A stretch of 63,641 nucleotides of DNA, counting the filler, from Chiloscyllium plagiosum (taxonomy: Eukaryota), in the NCBI RefSeq assembly GCF_004010195.1. It is 4 parts of one record of this genome, joined end to end, with 100 filler letters (N's around TTAATTAATTAA, not from the genome) between each part and the next. Parts side by side here need not be neighbours in the genome. Positions count along the whole stretch, not along the records: positions 1 to 21,855 come from NC_057710.1; 3 more parts are not named here. The stretch is one strand, 5' to 3'. The notes under the pieces are model-generated. The model searched no databases. It was not told the DNA's origin and saw only the letters and a program-made list of their open reading frames with translations. Within the stretch, counting starts at the first letter, position 1; the number at the start of each line of letters is the position of its first letter. Positions 1 through 12,770 of the stretch are shown here, one piece after another. Made by a program: the position numbers and the translations under genes.

Positions 1-312
1 CCCCCTCTGACCCTACTAAAACATTTAAACGCTGGGACCTGCAACAGCCAATCCTGTCCCTGTTCTAGCCATGTCTCCGTAATAGCCACAACATCGAAGT
101 CCCAGGTACCAACCCACGCTGCAAGTTCACCTACCTTATTTCGTATACTTCTTGCATTGAAGTATACACACTTCAAACCACTTTCCTGTTTACAGGCACC
201 CTCCTTTGAAATTGATGCCATGTTCCTAACCTCCCTACACTCCAGGTCCTGCACCCTAAAGCTACAGTCTGGGTTCCCATGCCCCTGCAGAGTTAGTTTA
301 AACCCCCCCCAG
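1..312 (-). mobile_element. CR1/HER1-type LINE fragment (ORF1 end / ORF2 endonuclease start)
   Basis: Reverse strand reads GGTTTGAAGTGTGTATACTTCAATGCAAG (LKCVYFNAR) ... WDFDVVAITETW, the same segment as the + strand CR1 copy at 21050-21330. Confidence 0.85.
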
Positions 313-3249
313 AGTGCTGCTCTGCAACCTTTAAAAGCCTGGCTTGGTCAGTGCTAAATTATCCTTTTCCTGTTTAAAATTCCAGTGAGATGCCATAGAT
401 ATGCACAGAGCGCTATCCATGAAAATGTTTAAACCCTGGTTTCCTAGGGGGGGCTTGTAGTAATTTAAAATAAAAAGAAGGCAAACTTTAGTCAACAGAA
501 CTGCAGTAGATTGACATTCTATTGTCCTTTCAGCTTGGATTTGCAATAAAATAGTTATCTGACAGAAAGGAAACCAGCTCTGAGTAGCAGCTGCCCGCCA
601 TTCCTCTGCGATGCACTGATGTAAAAACAAACATAGGTCTTAGAAAATCTGTTGTTTTTAATAGTTAGAAGAATAAAAAGTTTGAGAAGCAGATAAGTGA
701 GTCACGTTTAGCTTAAAGCACTAAAAACAATCCCAGAATATAAAAGTTTAGTATGGAGTATGGACATCTCCCACTGTGGGTTTGAAGCTGATTGACAACA
801 TTTCATTGAAAGGCATCCTGACTTAATGCACAGCGTATGGATATTTTTAGGCCAGTTTCTGGAACCCGAGAATTATGTTGCCCACATAAGTAATTAAATC
901 ATGGAGGAAGTTGTAATGCGTCACCACAAGGATCTGTGCAACACAACATTCTATGAAAGATTGTATTTTTCTTTCATGGACGGAGTCAATTTTTATCATT
1001 TCAAGTAGTGTGCTACTCATATAATAAATAGGTTGATTACTTTTAGCCTGATGTTGACAGAATGTTAGTGACTTTTTTTCCCTTTATTCTTCAATTTGGA
1101 CATTGCTGGTAAGGTAAAGCATTTGTCACCCAAGCCCAATTGCTCTTGAACCCCAGTGGCTCACGAAGAATTGACTGCATTGCCATGGGTGTGAGGTCAT
1201 AAATAGGCCAGATCTTGTAAGTTTATCGATCCCAAAAGGACATTGGTGAACCAGATGGATTCGTGCAATTGATGATTGTTCCATGGACACCAATGTTGAA
1301 GCTAGCTGTCAGCTCCAGATTTTGTGAACTGAATTTTGAACTCCTCCAGCCTCACTGGTGGGATCCAAACCCACAGCCTCTGAGCATTTTCCAGGGACTC
1401 TGGATCCCTGTTCCAGTTAAATTAACCCTATGCCATCATTTCTCCCTTTGGATTAGGGAGAAGAATTTGTTGGCTTCCCATTATAGTGAAATGCTGATTG
1501 TCCTGTGTCCTGTGTTGCAGGTTTCCATTCATTTGAAATACGGTCCAGTTCAATGAACTGCTTATTTGGTGTCAATACGAAACATTAGGTTAGAGCCCAA
1601 ACTCGAGTAAGAGCATGGGTATTATGCATAATTCAATCCAAAATGCTTCCCCTATTATTGCATGCCCACATTTTGGCTTTTTTGTTGTTGTCCGATTTAT
1701 TGGGCAGACAGAAATCAAATAGTTAAGTTCAATAATCCATAAGTAATAAATACATTGTTTTATAGCAACTTTAAGAGTTAGCTGCCAGGGATTATGATGA
1801 ATTATTTACTTACGATGACTCCCATCATTTTTAGTTATTGAAGCAATTTCAGACAATACCAAATGTTGTCAGCAAATGTTTTTGATAAAATTACCGTGTA
1901 GTTTGACGATGATCAACCAATTTGTGCAAATATTAAGAATGAAAATGATCCAGTGCATTTTGCACATCTATAATGAATGACTATATATTTCAACTGATAA
2001 AATGTTGTTCAGTAATATGAGATTGGAGGGGAAGATTATATGGAGAACCAGAAAGGATAGCAAATGGATATAGGAAAGAAAAGAGAAAATAAGGAAAGCA
2101 ATCAAATAGCGTGATCAACTAATGCAGAAAGTATTGGAATAAAATTACTATTGATGGGGTATGATGCAATAGCTTTAGCAGAGATATGTCTTAGCTTGAG
2201 GCAGGGATGAGAGTTAAATATTCCTAGTTATAAAATATTCAGGAAGAATAGAATGATGAAATGGAAGGAGACTTGGCAATATTAAGAAGCTTTTTAATCA
2301 TAACAATAGAACAATTGGGAATTGTGTAAATGTTGAGTCTATTAGGTTGGAGCTAAGGAATAAAAAGGCTATTATTATGGTATTGGAATCTTATGGCAGA
2401 CCCCAGCAGTGGGAAGAAAAATTCTTGTTCAAACTTCGCTACTATAAACATAGAGAGCATTTTAAAATTTCTGTCATTGAGTACGCTTAAGATGGATATC
2501 AATCGATTTCTAGATGTTAATTAAATTCAGAGATATGGAGCAGCACGGGAAAATTGCTTTGAGGTAGATGATCAACCATGATCTGTAATGTTGGAGCAGG
2601 TTTGAGTAGTTGAATGACGTACTTCTGCTCCTATCTTTATAAGTTGGATCTCGCACTTTTGCATTAACAGAAGACAGAGAGTGAGATGTGATAAGGAATT
2701 ATCCTTTCCTAGATATGTTCTCTCCAGACAGCCTTGGGGTTAGAGACAGGTTGGGGACCTTTGCACTTCTTGATGTACATATATTCTTGACTTTCCTATT
2801 AAGTTTTTAAGAAATGGTCTGGCAATTCTCAGATAATTGCACATTCGAGAAAATTCAAAACTGTAACAATTCATCACAAGGTGACCATCTGGAATTGCAA
2901 ACATAACAGGATCAACAGAAGGTGGCACTTAATGCCAAAAATATTATCATTTATAATACCAACAAAAATAATCTTTTGTGATCAGATTTTCCCACAAGCA
3001 GATATATAACCATACCTGGATTTACATCTAAAAAAATATTTAAATGGAGATTTCCTATTCAGCACACAACATCCAAAGCAAACAGATTCTTGGATTTTGA
3101 AGAAAGAATCCTTTTTGTTGTAACACAAGTATCAGAGTCGTAACTTGCTAAGTACATCTTTGTCCATTCCTGGGCAAGTCCTGTAACTAAGAATGAAGCT
3201 ATCTAAAGAGCTACCGCACGATTCTGTACCAATCTCTGGGGTAATAGTC

Positions 3250-3452
3250 CAGAGTGTGGTGCTGGAAAAGCACAGCAGGTCAAGCAGTAGCCGAGGAGCA
3301 GGAGAATTGACCTTTCGGGCAAGAGCCTGATGAAGGGCTCTTGCCCGAAACATGGATTCTCCTGCTCCTCGGCTGCAGCCTGACCTGCTGTGCTTTTCCA
3401 GCACCAAACTCTTGACTCTGATCTCCAGCATCTGCAGTCCTCTCTTTCTCCC
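3250..3452. mobile_element. Fold-back pair of Penelope-like element (family A) 3' ends
   Basis: Arms ~3251-3326 and ~3335-3412 are reverse complements (GTGCTGGAAAAGCACAGCAGGTCA... / ...TGACCTGCTGTGCTTTTCCAGCAC). Hammerhead-like core at 3327-3350 has a non-cleavable CATG after GAAA. Confidence 0.8.
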
Positions 3453-3867
3453 TGTATGGGGAAATACACTAGAGTCACATCCTTGATCCAAGGATGGGAA
3501 TGGCAATCACTAAGTCAAAACAGGTGGTGTAGTAGACTGCCTGTCTTCTAGAAAATGTAGAATGGTGAGAATTGACAGAAACCATTCTTTGGTGCCCTTT
3601 GGCAATGACAAAACACAAGGTAGCCATCCACAGAACCTACAAGGACAGTTTGAATCCAAGACACTTTGTGAATAATTCTTTTTTTGAAAGACAATCCTGC
3701 AGTGGAACAAGTTGGGAAAAGAATTATTAATATAGCCATCACTGGAAATCTTCAAGACCTAGTTTTAGATCACTTCCGTTTATATCTTTTTCATTATCAG
3801 GACTACCATATCAACAAGTTACTTCTGGTTTAGATTATACTAACCATATAAATGTTGGCAGAACACA

Positions 3868-4075
3868 TAGTCATAGAGTCATACAACACAGGATCAGATC
3901 CTTTGGTTCAACCCATCCATGCTAAACATGATCCCAAACTAAACTAATCCCACCTGCCTGCTCCTACCCCATATCCATCCAAATCTTTCCTATTCACCTA
4001 TATTTGTAAATGTCCTTTAAACATTAAAATTGTACCTGCATCCACCACTTTCTCAGGAAGTTCATTCCATGTGTG
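3868..4075 (-). mobile_element. CR1/HER1 LINE 3' end
   Basis: CATAGAGTCATA tail plus the CR1 3' segment also present at 37150, 43190 and 56040. Confidence 0.75.
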
Positions 4076-5769
4076 AACTGTTAGTCTGTGATGCCGACAT
4101 AACCTAAACAGAGGCAGGAGAAGGAAGAGGAGACAAATCTAATGTCCTCATCCACTAAATGAATAAAGTAACAAAGTATTAATAATGGTCAACTTCACAC
4201 AGAGGTAAACTGAGGTAGGGGAAAATCAAGTGACAAATAACTAAAAAGGTTTATGCATTACATCCTGCAAGTTTTTCTGGGTCAATGTGATACTTGCTCA
4301 ACAAAGATGGAGACTGTTGTTATTATTGTAGTAATTTCCCAAATGACCATTTCTGGTACCTTGTGATAGTTGCCACATCTCCCAGAATGTGGTAATGTTT
4401 GCGATAGTTCTCTGCTGTAAATCCTTCTTTAACTTTGCTTCAACTTGGTCATATCTAGTGTTTAGTGGTCAAGACATCCTGGATAACAAGTATGGTAGCA
4501 AGAAATAAATTTATTCATGTATAATTACTAGGAATTTGGGAAACTGTATGCACTGACCATGAGGATTAGGAACAGGAGTAGGCCATTTGGACCCTCAAGC
4601 CAACTCTACTATTCACCAGCATCATGGCTGATACACTGCTTCCCCTGAAAGCTAAAGAACCACTTGGCTCCACCCAGAGCCAATTTAATAGCCCCTTCAG
4701 ACCAATAAACTTGTACAGTAATTGTTCTTAGAAGTTAAATGTGAATAGTTAAACAGTGTAACAGTACCTAGGAACCATAAAGTAAATACATTTGATATGA
4801 AAATTTGAAAAGGAGATGTTCTGGGCCTTAAATCCAAACATAATTTAGGATGTTGTGAGGAAGATTCTCCACTCTGCCCATAACTTAGTCTGAGCAAAAA
4901 CATACTTATGCCCAATAAAAGGACATTCACAATAAAAACTTTGCCACATATCAGTTGAGTTCATAAGTCAGACTAAACTTGAAATGTTGAGTGTATTTTT
5001 CTCTCTCTACAGACCCACTCAGCTTCTCTAGCAATCTCTGTTTTTGCTTCAGCACAGATTAACAATTTTACTAAATTGTTAAACAACATTGGCTTTATCT
5101 AAATTTATGTTTTTAAATTTACAGCCGAAAACAGAGGTCTTACAGCCAGATTACACAGCAGTTTTTTTTAAATTAAATTGTACATGAACTGTACTATTTA
5201 TTTAGAAATGGCTAGTAGAAATATAAACAAATTTTCACATTTTCAGTGGATGAGCAAATATGGTTTACAGAAAATTCAGTGTCTTCCCTGTCAAGTTCAT
5301 GTTTTTCTCACTTTCACTTCTCTACATCTATTTCTCTTTTGTTAATTTCTGTTTCTGTTTACTTTTCTTGCTTCACTTTTGGTTTCATTCTGTCCATGTG
5401 GCTCCAGATTCGCAGCAACATTGTTGACTCATGACTGCCATCTGGGTAATAGGTGTGGGCAATAAATACTGGCCCACCTAGTGATGTCAACTTCTAATGA
5501 ATGAATAGGCTCCTTATTTGGTTTTGTGCCCCTCATTTATACAGTGCTCCTTTATACTGCCTCTCATGTCTCCTTTCTGAGTCCTTACTGACCATATCCT
5601 TGTGCACCTGTTCACCTTTCACCTCTCTTGCCACTTTCATCCAACACTCTTGAGCTCCTTTCCTATTAACTCCCCTTTAATCTGCTCTTTCCTGAGACCC
5701 CATTTACCTATTTGATCAGCCATTTTCCTTTTGTCCAATCATTGTCCTCCACAGCCAGTAACCCTTCCT

Positions 5770-6265
5770 ACCAATTAGCCCTGTGGCCAAACATTTCAAC
5801 TCCCCCTCCCACTCTACCGAGGACATGCACTTCCTGGGCCTCCTCCAAAGTCACTGTCTTACCACCCGGCGCCTGGAGGAAGAACGCCTCATCTTCTGCC
5901 TCGGGACACTTCAACCCCAGGGCATCAATGTAGACTTCACCAGTTTCCTAAGTTCCCCTCCCCCATCTTACCCCAGTTCCAACCTGCCACTCAGCACTAT
6001 CCTCATGAACAGTCCTACCAGCTAATCTTCCTTCCCACCTATCCGCTCCCCCCTCATCTCTGACCTATCACCTTCATCCCCACCTCCATCCACCTACTGT
6101 ACTCTTGGCTATCTTCGCCCCAGCCCCATTCCCCCTCTCATTTATCTCTCCCGGAAGCTTCCTGCCTCATTCCTGTTGAAGGGCTTTTGACCAAAATGTC
6201 AATTTTCCTGCTCCTCCGATGCTGCCTGACCTGCTGTGCTTTTCCAGCACCACTCCAATCTAGAC
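5770..6265 (+). mobile_element. PLE family A 3' fragment: GIY-YIG endonuclease C-terminus and 3' terminal repeat
   Basis: ORF 5783 translates HFNSPSHS...LGLL...RRLEEERLIFCLGTLQPQGINVDF, typical of the PLE endonuclease C-terminus. It is followed by a pyrimidine-rich tract and a decayed hammerhead (CTGTTGA...AAAATGTC, 6173-6200). Confidence 0.8.
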
Positions 6266-7873
6266 TTCCTACCATTCACTCCACTTCCTTTGGTCTCCCA
6301 GACTAAAAGCCAACCTGCCTATTGGCAAGCTCCTTCTTTTTCCCAAGTTCATAGCAACAAAACAGGTTTGTTTTTAAAAGAGTAAAAATTAAACAAGATC
6401 ATTATGTTCTCAGCAGTGTGTGAACTTGCTGTTTTATAACAATCTGAATGTTCATAGGTAAGAACATCAAGGCCTTTGATTTGCAATGATTGCTTCAAAA
6501 TTCAATTTTATGACAAGATATTCTGAAATTTTGATTTGTGCTTTGAGATCCAGTTCTTCTATTTCAGAAAATTGTGAGTTTGACATGGGTGTTTCTTTAC
6601 ATTTTTATATCATATATGAATTGACACTTTGAGGAGAGATCTCAAGAGTGAATGCAAAGTGAACCAGTCTCAGATAGATATCTGGTGTTCAGCACTGCTT
6701 GGGTGGGGCTGGGATGGGAAGATTAGATGTTCTGGTGATACATTGGTACTCACCATCCATCCACCTTTTTTTAAATACCACCTGGTAGATCTGTGGATCC
6801 ACTATTGGACTGTTTGCTTACCTCAGGACCACAACTCCAGAGTGGAAGACAGCGATCTCCGTTTCAAGGGTCTGCAGAAGCAGAGGAGGCAATGATAAGA
6901 AAATGGTTTCAGGCTTGGAGAAACTTAGGCAAGGAAGGAATTTGACAGTTCTGAATTAGGGGTGGTAAAGTTTGGCAGCATAAGGCAGCATGGAGGAAAC
7001 TTTTGGTGGGGAATTGCATTGGAAGTGTTGGATTGTGCTGCAAAGGAATTGTCCTACACCTGCCAGCACAGGTTAGTACAGATCTGAGAGCTCTACAAAT
7101 ATGTGATTTTTTGTACATATTTCTGTGTGTCTCTCTCTCTCTTTCTCTGTGTGTTTGTCTTCATTATCACAGATTACAATATTAATGTTTTTGAAATACA
7201 GCAAACTCTGTTTTAACTAGCACCTTATGAACAGGCACTCTTGATAAAGCGGCAAAATTTATGTATCTCAAATATTGTAAAGTTTAATGCATAATTCTGT
7301 CCAATTACTACAATTTTAAAATTTATTTACCTCACTGCAAATATACTTGTTGTTCAATCAAATGGCCACACGAGATGTCAAATACCGCGATCTACTGTGA
7401 TGTCTGAGTAGTTAGTCGAGGGTGTGAATGAGAATGTTCTCTGCCAGTGAGTTCTATTCAAGGCAAAGTTGCATTATTATTTAAGTGGTTTATGCTATAA
7501 ATAAAGTGTAACAGTGATGTGTGTACCTCCTGCATTATATTCCTATTACTTAGTGTGTGTTTTTACATTAATTATGTGGACCTCTTGATTATCTGGAATA
7601 TTTGATCAATTGGCACATTCCTAGTCCCATAAGTGCCAGATAATCAAAAGTTTACTGTATCAGAAAAACAGTGCATATACTTTCTGTTTGAGAAGATTGC
7701 AAAATTTGCTGCTGTTATGTTGTATAAAAATTGCGAAAAACAAACCACAACCACCTCTTCTGTGTCACATAATATGCTAACGCTTCAGCCTACTCGAGCT
7801 GTACCTGCTCTCTGACAGTGATATTCACTTGGTTACCCTACACTGTTCCTTCACCTTAAGAATTGCCCAGGTC

Positions 7874-8102
7874 ATGGAGGACAGAGGAGGATTGGCACTC
7901 TGCTTTGCTCTAAGGGACCTGGAAGTCCTGGTGGACTTGGCAGTACAGAGGAGGTCTGTCCTCTTCACTCAGGATTGGCAGAGGATACAACATCCTGCTA
8001 GCCTGATCTGATGTTGCCACCTGGGTGATTGCTATTTCCTCTGCCCAGAGGAACGAGCAACAATGCCAGAAGTTCAATGACCTATGACCTACGGGTGTAA
8101 GT
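7874..8102 (+). pseudogene. Decayed Myb/SANT-like (trihelix) exon, probably from a PIF/Harbinger transposon
   Basis: MEDRGGLALCFALRDLEVLVDLAVQRRSVLF..., then after a frameshift A*SDVATWVIAISSAQRNEQQCQKFNDL (W..VA...R...QC.KKFNDL pattern with W changed to a stop). A GTAAGT donor follows at 8097. Confidence 0.6.
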
Positions 8103-8380
8103 GCCACCATCTGCCAGTTCTCAATTCACTCTAATGCTGCTACAGCATTTAACTCCCTGCAAAGCTCCTACACTACAACTCTCACTATTGTAGGCAACAC
8201 CTTCCCTCACTCACTCCCCCAAGCTCCCACACTACTAACCCTGCGCTGCCTGCTATAACTCATTCAGGACAAAGTACCACCTTTCCTCTCATTTGCACCA
8301 GCACTAACAGCTGCCCCACTCACTTTCAACTCACTCAATCCCTCCCTTTGTCTCATTCCAGTAGAAAACCACACTTGGTG

Positions 8381-8700
8381 GGGTGGCACGGTGGTTCAGT
8401 GGTTAGCACTGCTGCCTCACAGCATAAGGGACCTGAGCTCAATTCCAACCTCAGGCGGCTATATGTGTGGAATTTGTATGCTCTCCCTATGTCTGCATGG
8501 GTTTCCTCCAGGTGCTCCAGTTTCCTCTCAGAGTCCAAAGATGTGCAGGTTAGGTGCATTGGCCATGGGAAATTGCCCACAGTATCCAGGGATGTGTAGG
8601 TTATGTGCATTAGGTATTGAAAATGTAGGGTTACAGGGATACGGTCTGGGTGGGATGCTCTTCGGAGGGTCGATTGTCTGTTTCCACACTGGGGGAATTC
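8381..8700 (+). mobile_element. tRNA-derived V-SINE (shark HE1-type)
   Basis: Pol III A-box head GGTGGTTCAGTGGTTAGCACTG, V-domain GTGTGGAATTTGTATGCTCTCC...GGGTTTCCTCC, and CR1-like tail TTTCCACACTG. Confidence 0.85.
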
Positions 8701-9689
8701 TTTGATGATGATGAGATAAAGCCAAGAGGGGTGATGGGTGCTCTGCATTCATCTCTTTACCCCCTACGAGGGTAGGATCCTTGCCCTGGATGGTGAGGGC
8801 CATAACTATTCCAGTGATTATGTGGAAACCTCTGTGTCTCAGCAGCCAAGATAGAACCATTATCCTTTGATGTGCTGCACCCCATTAGTGCCTTTGTAAA
8901 CTTGCTGTTAACATGTCCAAACATCTATCTCATTTCTTCAATGCATTATCCTGTCCTGTAACTCCCACCAGCTCAGATACTGACACCTCGGTGGTTACAT
9001 TAGCTACATTCGAGTTCAGAGCTCCTGCTGCTGAGCCCTTCACTGACATGTCTCTGCAGTTGGCCAAGGAAGGAACACCAAGGCAAATAGGCTCCATTGT
9101 GTGGCAGGCTTCCTCTACCCTAGCTATAAAGCCTGGGACTGCACTGAGATAGAGTGAGTCGAAGATGGAAATAAAGACAATCTGACACACTTAGCTGATG
9201 CAGATGAGACTTCTTTGGAAAAACTTCCTGCATTTGTAAATATATGTTCACTTTTCATCATCAGCTGTGTAAACAAATGTCATGTTAGCTGCAGCTACAA
9301 GAATGAAGGTGCAAAGGCTAGCTATCCTTAGAGCTGCACAATGTTTATGGCCCAAAGTGTGAGGTGTGCAGCTCCTGCACCACTTGCAGGCTATGGGACC
9401 TTGGAATCTTTCCTGGCTGCAGTACGTTGCTGGTGGATTTGATTTGTAATATTGCATCATGTGATCAAAAGTGTTTGGGGTTAGGATTTGTACTCCATGC
9501 TGTCGGTCACTGTGAAGATTCATGTACGGTTTTTTGTGATTACAGCTGTATTTTACCTGCACTAGGTACAATTGCCCTTTGAAGGTCCTCCCTCTCAGTA
9601 TTAAACACTTACCCTGCCCAATGTAGAGGCTCCCACACACCATCATATCAGGAGTGGTTTGAGGACTCCGGGTCAGTACTCGAGTTTAC

Positions 9690-10400
9690 AACATTGAGAG
9701 AGGATCTGATTAAAACTTACAGAATAATAAGAGGCCTGGATAGAGTGGATCTCAAGAAGTTGTTTCCACTTGTAAGAGAGATTAGGATCAAGGGCACACC
9801 TCAAGTGAAGGAATGATCCTTCAGAACTCATAGAGTATCATAGAATCCCTACAGTATAGAAACAGGCTCTTCGGCCCAACAAATCCACACTGGCCCTCCG
9901 AAGAGTAACCCACCCAGACCCATTCCCCTCCCCTATTACCCTATATTTACCCCTGACTAATGTACCTAGCCTACACATCCCTGAACATTATGGACAATTT
10001 AGCATGGTCAATTCACCTAACCTGCATACCTTTGGATTGTGGGAGGAAACTGGAGCACCTGGAGGAAATCCATTCAGACATGGGGAGAATGTACAGACAG
10101 TCACCCAAGGCTGGATTCAAACTCAGGTCCCTGGAGCTGTGAGGCAGCACTGAGCCACCGTGCCGTCCACAAAGACAAGGCAGAGTTTCTTTAGCCAGAG
10201 GGTGATTAATCTGCGGAACTGATTGCCTTAGAAGGCTGTGGAGGCCAAGTCATTGAGTAAATTTAAGACCAAGGTAGATTCTTGATTAGTAAAGGGATCA
10301 AGGGTTACAGGGAGAAGACTGGAGAGTGGAACTGAGAACGATATCATTTTGGAATAGTGGAGCAGACTGAATGACCTAATTCTGCTTCTATATCTTATGC
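9690..10400 (+). mobile_element. CR1 3' fragment interrupted by a SINE
   Basis: CR1 RT C-terminal and 3' UTR sequence lies on both sides of the 9840-10165 SINE. Confidence 0.65.
9840..10165 (-). mobile_element. HE1-type V-SINE
   Basis: Reverse complement of the SINE head (GAGCCACCGTGCC), V-domain and tail. Confidence 0.85.
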
Positions 10401-12569
10401 TCCCACGGTCATGATTTCAGATTATATCGCCAAGGCTTAGTTGTAGGTGAAAAATAGGAGAGTAGCCAACGATAGATCCTTGGGAGACACTGGATATAAT
10501 GATGCAGGAATGGAAGAAATGCCATTGCAGGGAGATGCCAGGCTATAACTCAATTAGAATGGAATGAAGTGAGCACAAAGCACAGTCCCACTCAGTTGGA
10601 CGGCAGCCGAGCCCTTTAGATGAGGATGGTACAGCCAGCCAAGTCGGAGACTGCAGACAGACAAGGAATTCTCCTCTAGACCATTGCCTCCTTGCCATAT
10701 TTATCAATCAAAGATAATACCACAGAAACTTGCTGTGCAATAAGGCCTTTGTGTCTCATTGGCTATTTGTTATCACATTCCAAACTCTGCATCCTTGCCT
10801 GTTTAAATTAATTATCAACTTTTTGTTTAATCTGTACATCCGTTACTCCAAATGACAGAAGCAATAGTTTTTCCTTGGCTGTTCTTTGTTTCTTAATTTT
10901 ATAAACCTCTCTTAATTCACCTTTATGCTTTCCACTCCAACGTGCAATGCCTCAGTCTTCATTTTCTTTACATATACTGAATAGCCAGCTCTACAAAGCA
11001 AGCCTTCAGAACAATTACTTCTGCATAATTGCACAAGATTAGTTAAGCTGTCTTTCAAATCAATTCTATTTGAGAGTAAAATCATTACATCCACGTAATT
11101 TAGTTTTGCACAACATTCCAGTCATGATCCATTTCCCACTTTATTAAGTTTGTTATATATCAGAAGTCTGCATTTTGACATTTGGCGCTGTCAGTGAAAA
11201 GATGAACTATCAGTACTTGACAACAGAGGAATGTGTACTGCTCATCACCAGATTCTCAGTGTTTATTATGAGGCTCTCTGTTCCAAAGCGGTGGAGCACT
11301 GGCCCTCCGTTTTCATGCTATATTCTATACACGTCTTGGATATATTTTGTTTATCATGCTTCTATGTAATGGATAACTGATAAATGCCATTAAATTGAGT
11401 CTTTTGAGTTCATGGACTATATTTCCAATTGTTTCTTAAGTTCTGAGTATATTTATGGTTATGGTTATGTCACCATTTAAGTATGAAGTTATCTTTGCAC
11501 AATGTTCTTGTCACTTTCAACCTAATGGCAGAATGGAAATGAAAACACAAAATGCTGGAAACACTCAGCAGGTCAGACAGTATCTGTGTAGAGAGGAGTA
11601 AATTTAATATGCTGACCCTTCATTAGAACAGTCAGGTAGAATCGTCAGAATCCGAACAGGTTGGATAGACCTTGCCTCTAAGCACCACTGTGTATTGAGT
11701 AAGACTGGCATAGCGGGAACTGTCTTTTATTTGTCTTTTTCAATCAATCTAAAGATATAGCAAGAATCTACTTTGTGCGTCTCTCCAGGCAATATATTAA
11801 AGGACAAGGACAGATTGGCCTGAGAATGATTTTGAATTAGATGCAGTTGCTTGGTTTGATTCTAATACACTCCAAATGAGCAGTGCAGTGCCAGTGTAAA
11901 TTATTCTTGAATGTCAGCTTGGATTTTGAGGTGATGATGATGCAAAACTAACATTCGTTCTCATTACTCCATTGAAACTGCAATCTGCAAAAATTGCAAT
12001 CCCAGATGATAATCGAGCTTTCCAAATTCTGGAGTAATTTGGAATTTTCAAAGGGCTGGCAGAAGGAAGGGAACAGGAAATCAGCTTGCTTCAAATTAAT
12101 GTTCCATTAATCTCTGTAAGGAGCTAGCTAAGGAGAATTTCTGATGGAAAGGTGACTTCTAAACTTTTTTTCAGTGAACCCAAACAGTCTGATGCATATC
12201 AATGCCCAGCTGTCTGATTCAGTCTGGGGACATTTGACAGTGTACAAGACTGAATTTTCATGGGTCAACTCTTGCTGAACTCAGCACTATACATGTTTCT
12301 GTATTGGCATCACCACATCCCTCCAAGCTCCAACTCTTCTTATCCGGCCCTCTGATCAGCTGCCTTCTATGATTTGATTTGGTTAATTATTGTGGGCAGT
12401 GTACAGTGGAAAGTATGGTTTTGCATGCTATTCAGATAAATCATACCTTACGTAAGTACATCAGGGTAATAAAACAGAATGCTTTGTAGTATGACAGCCA
12501 CTGAGAAGGTGCAGAGAAAGATCAACTCTCTATGTATGAGAGATCTGTTCATAAGTCTGATAACATTTT

Positions 12570-12770
12570 CATGCAGAGAGTAATGTGTGTATGGAATGAG
12601 CTGCCAGAGGATGTGGTGGAGGCTGGTACAATTGCAACATTTAAAAGTCATCTGGATGGGTATATGAATAAGAAGAGTTCTAGAACTAGATTAATTTAGG
12701 ATATCTGTTCAGCATGGATGACTTGAACCAAAGGGTCTGCTTCCATACTGAACATCTCTATGACTCTATA
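12570..12770 (+). mobile_element. CR1 3' end
   Basis: TGGAATGAGCTGCCAGAGG (WNELPE) ... TCTATGACTCTAT tail. Confidence 0.75.
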
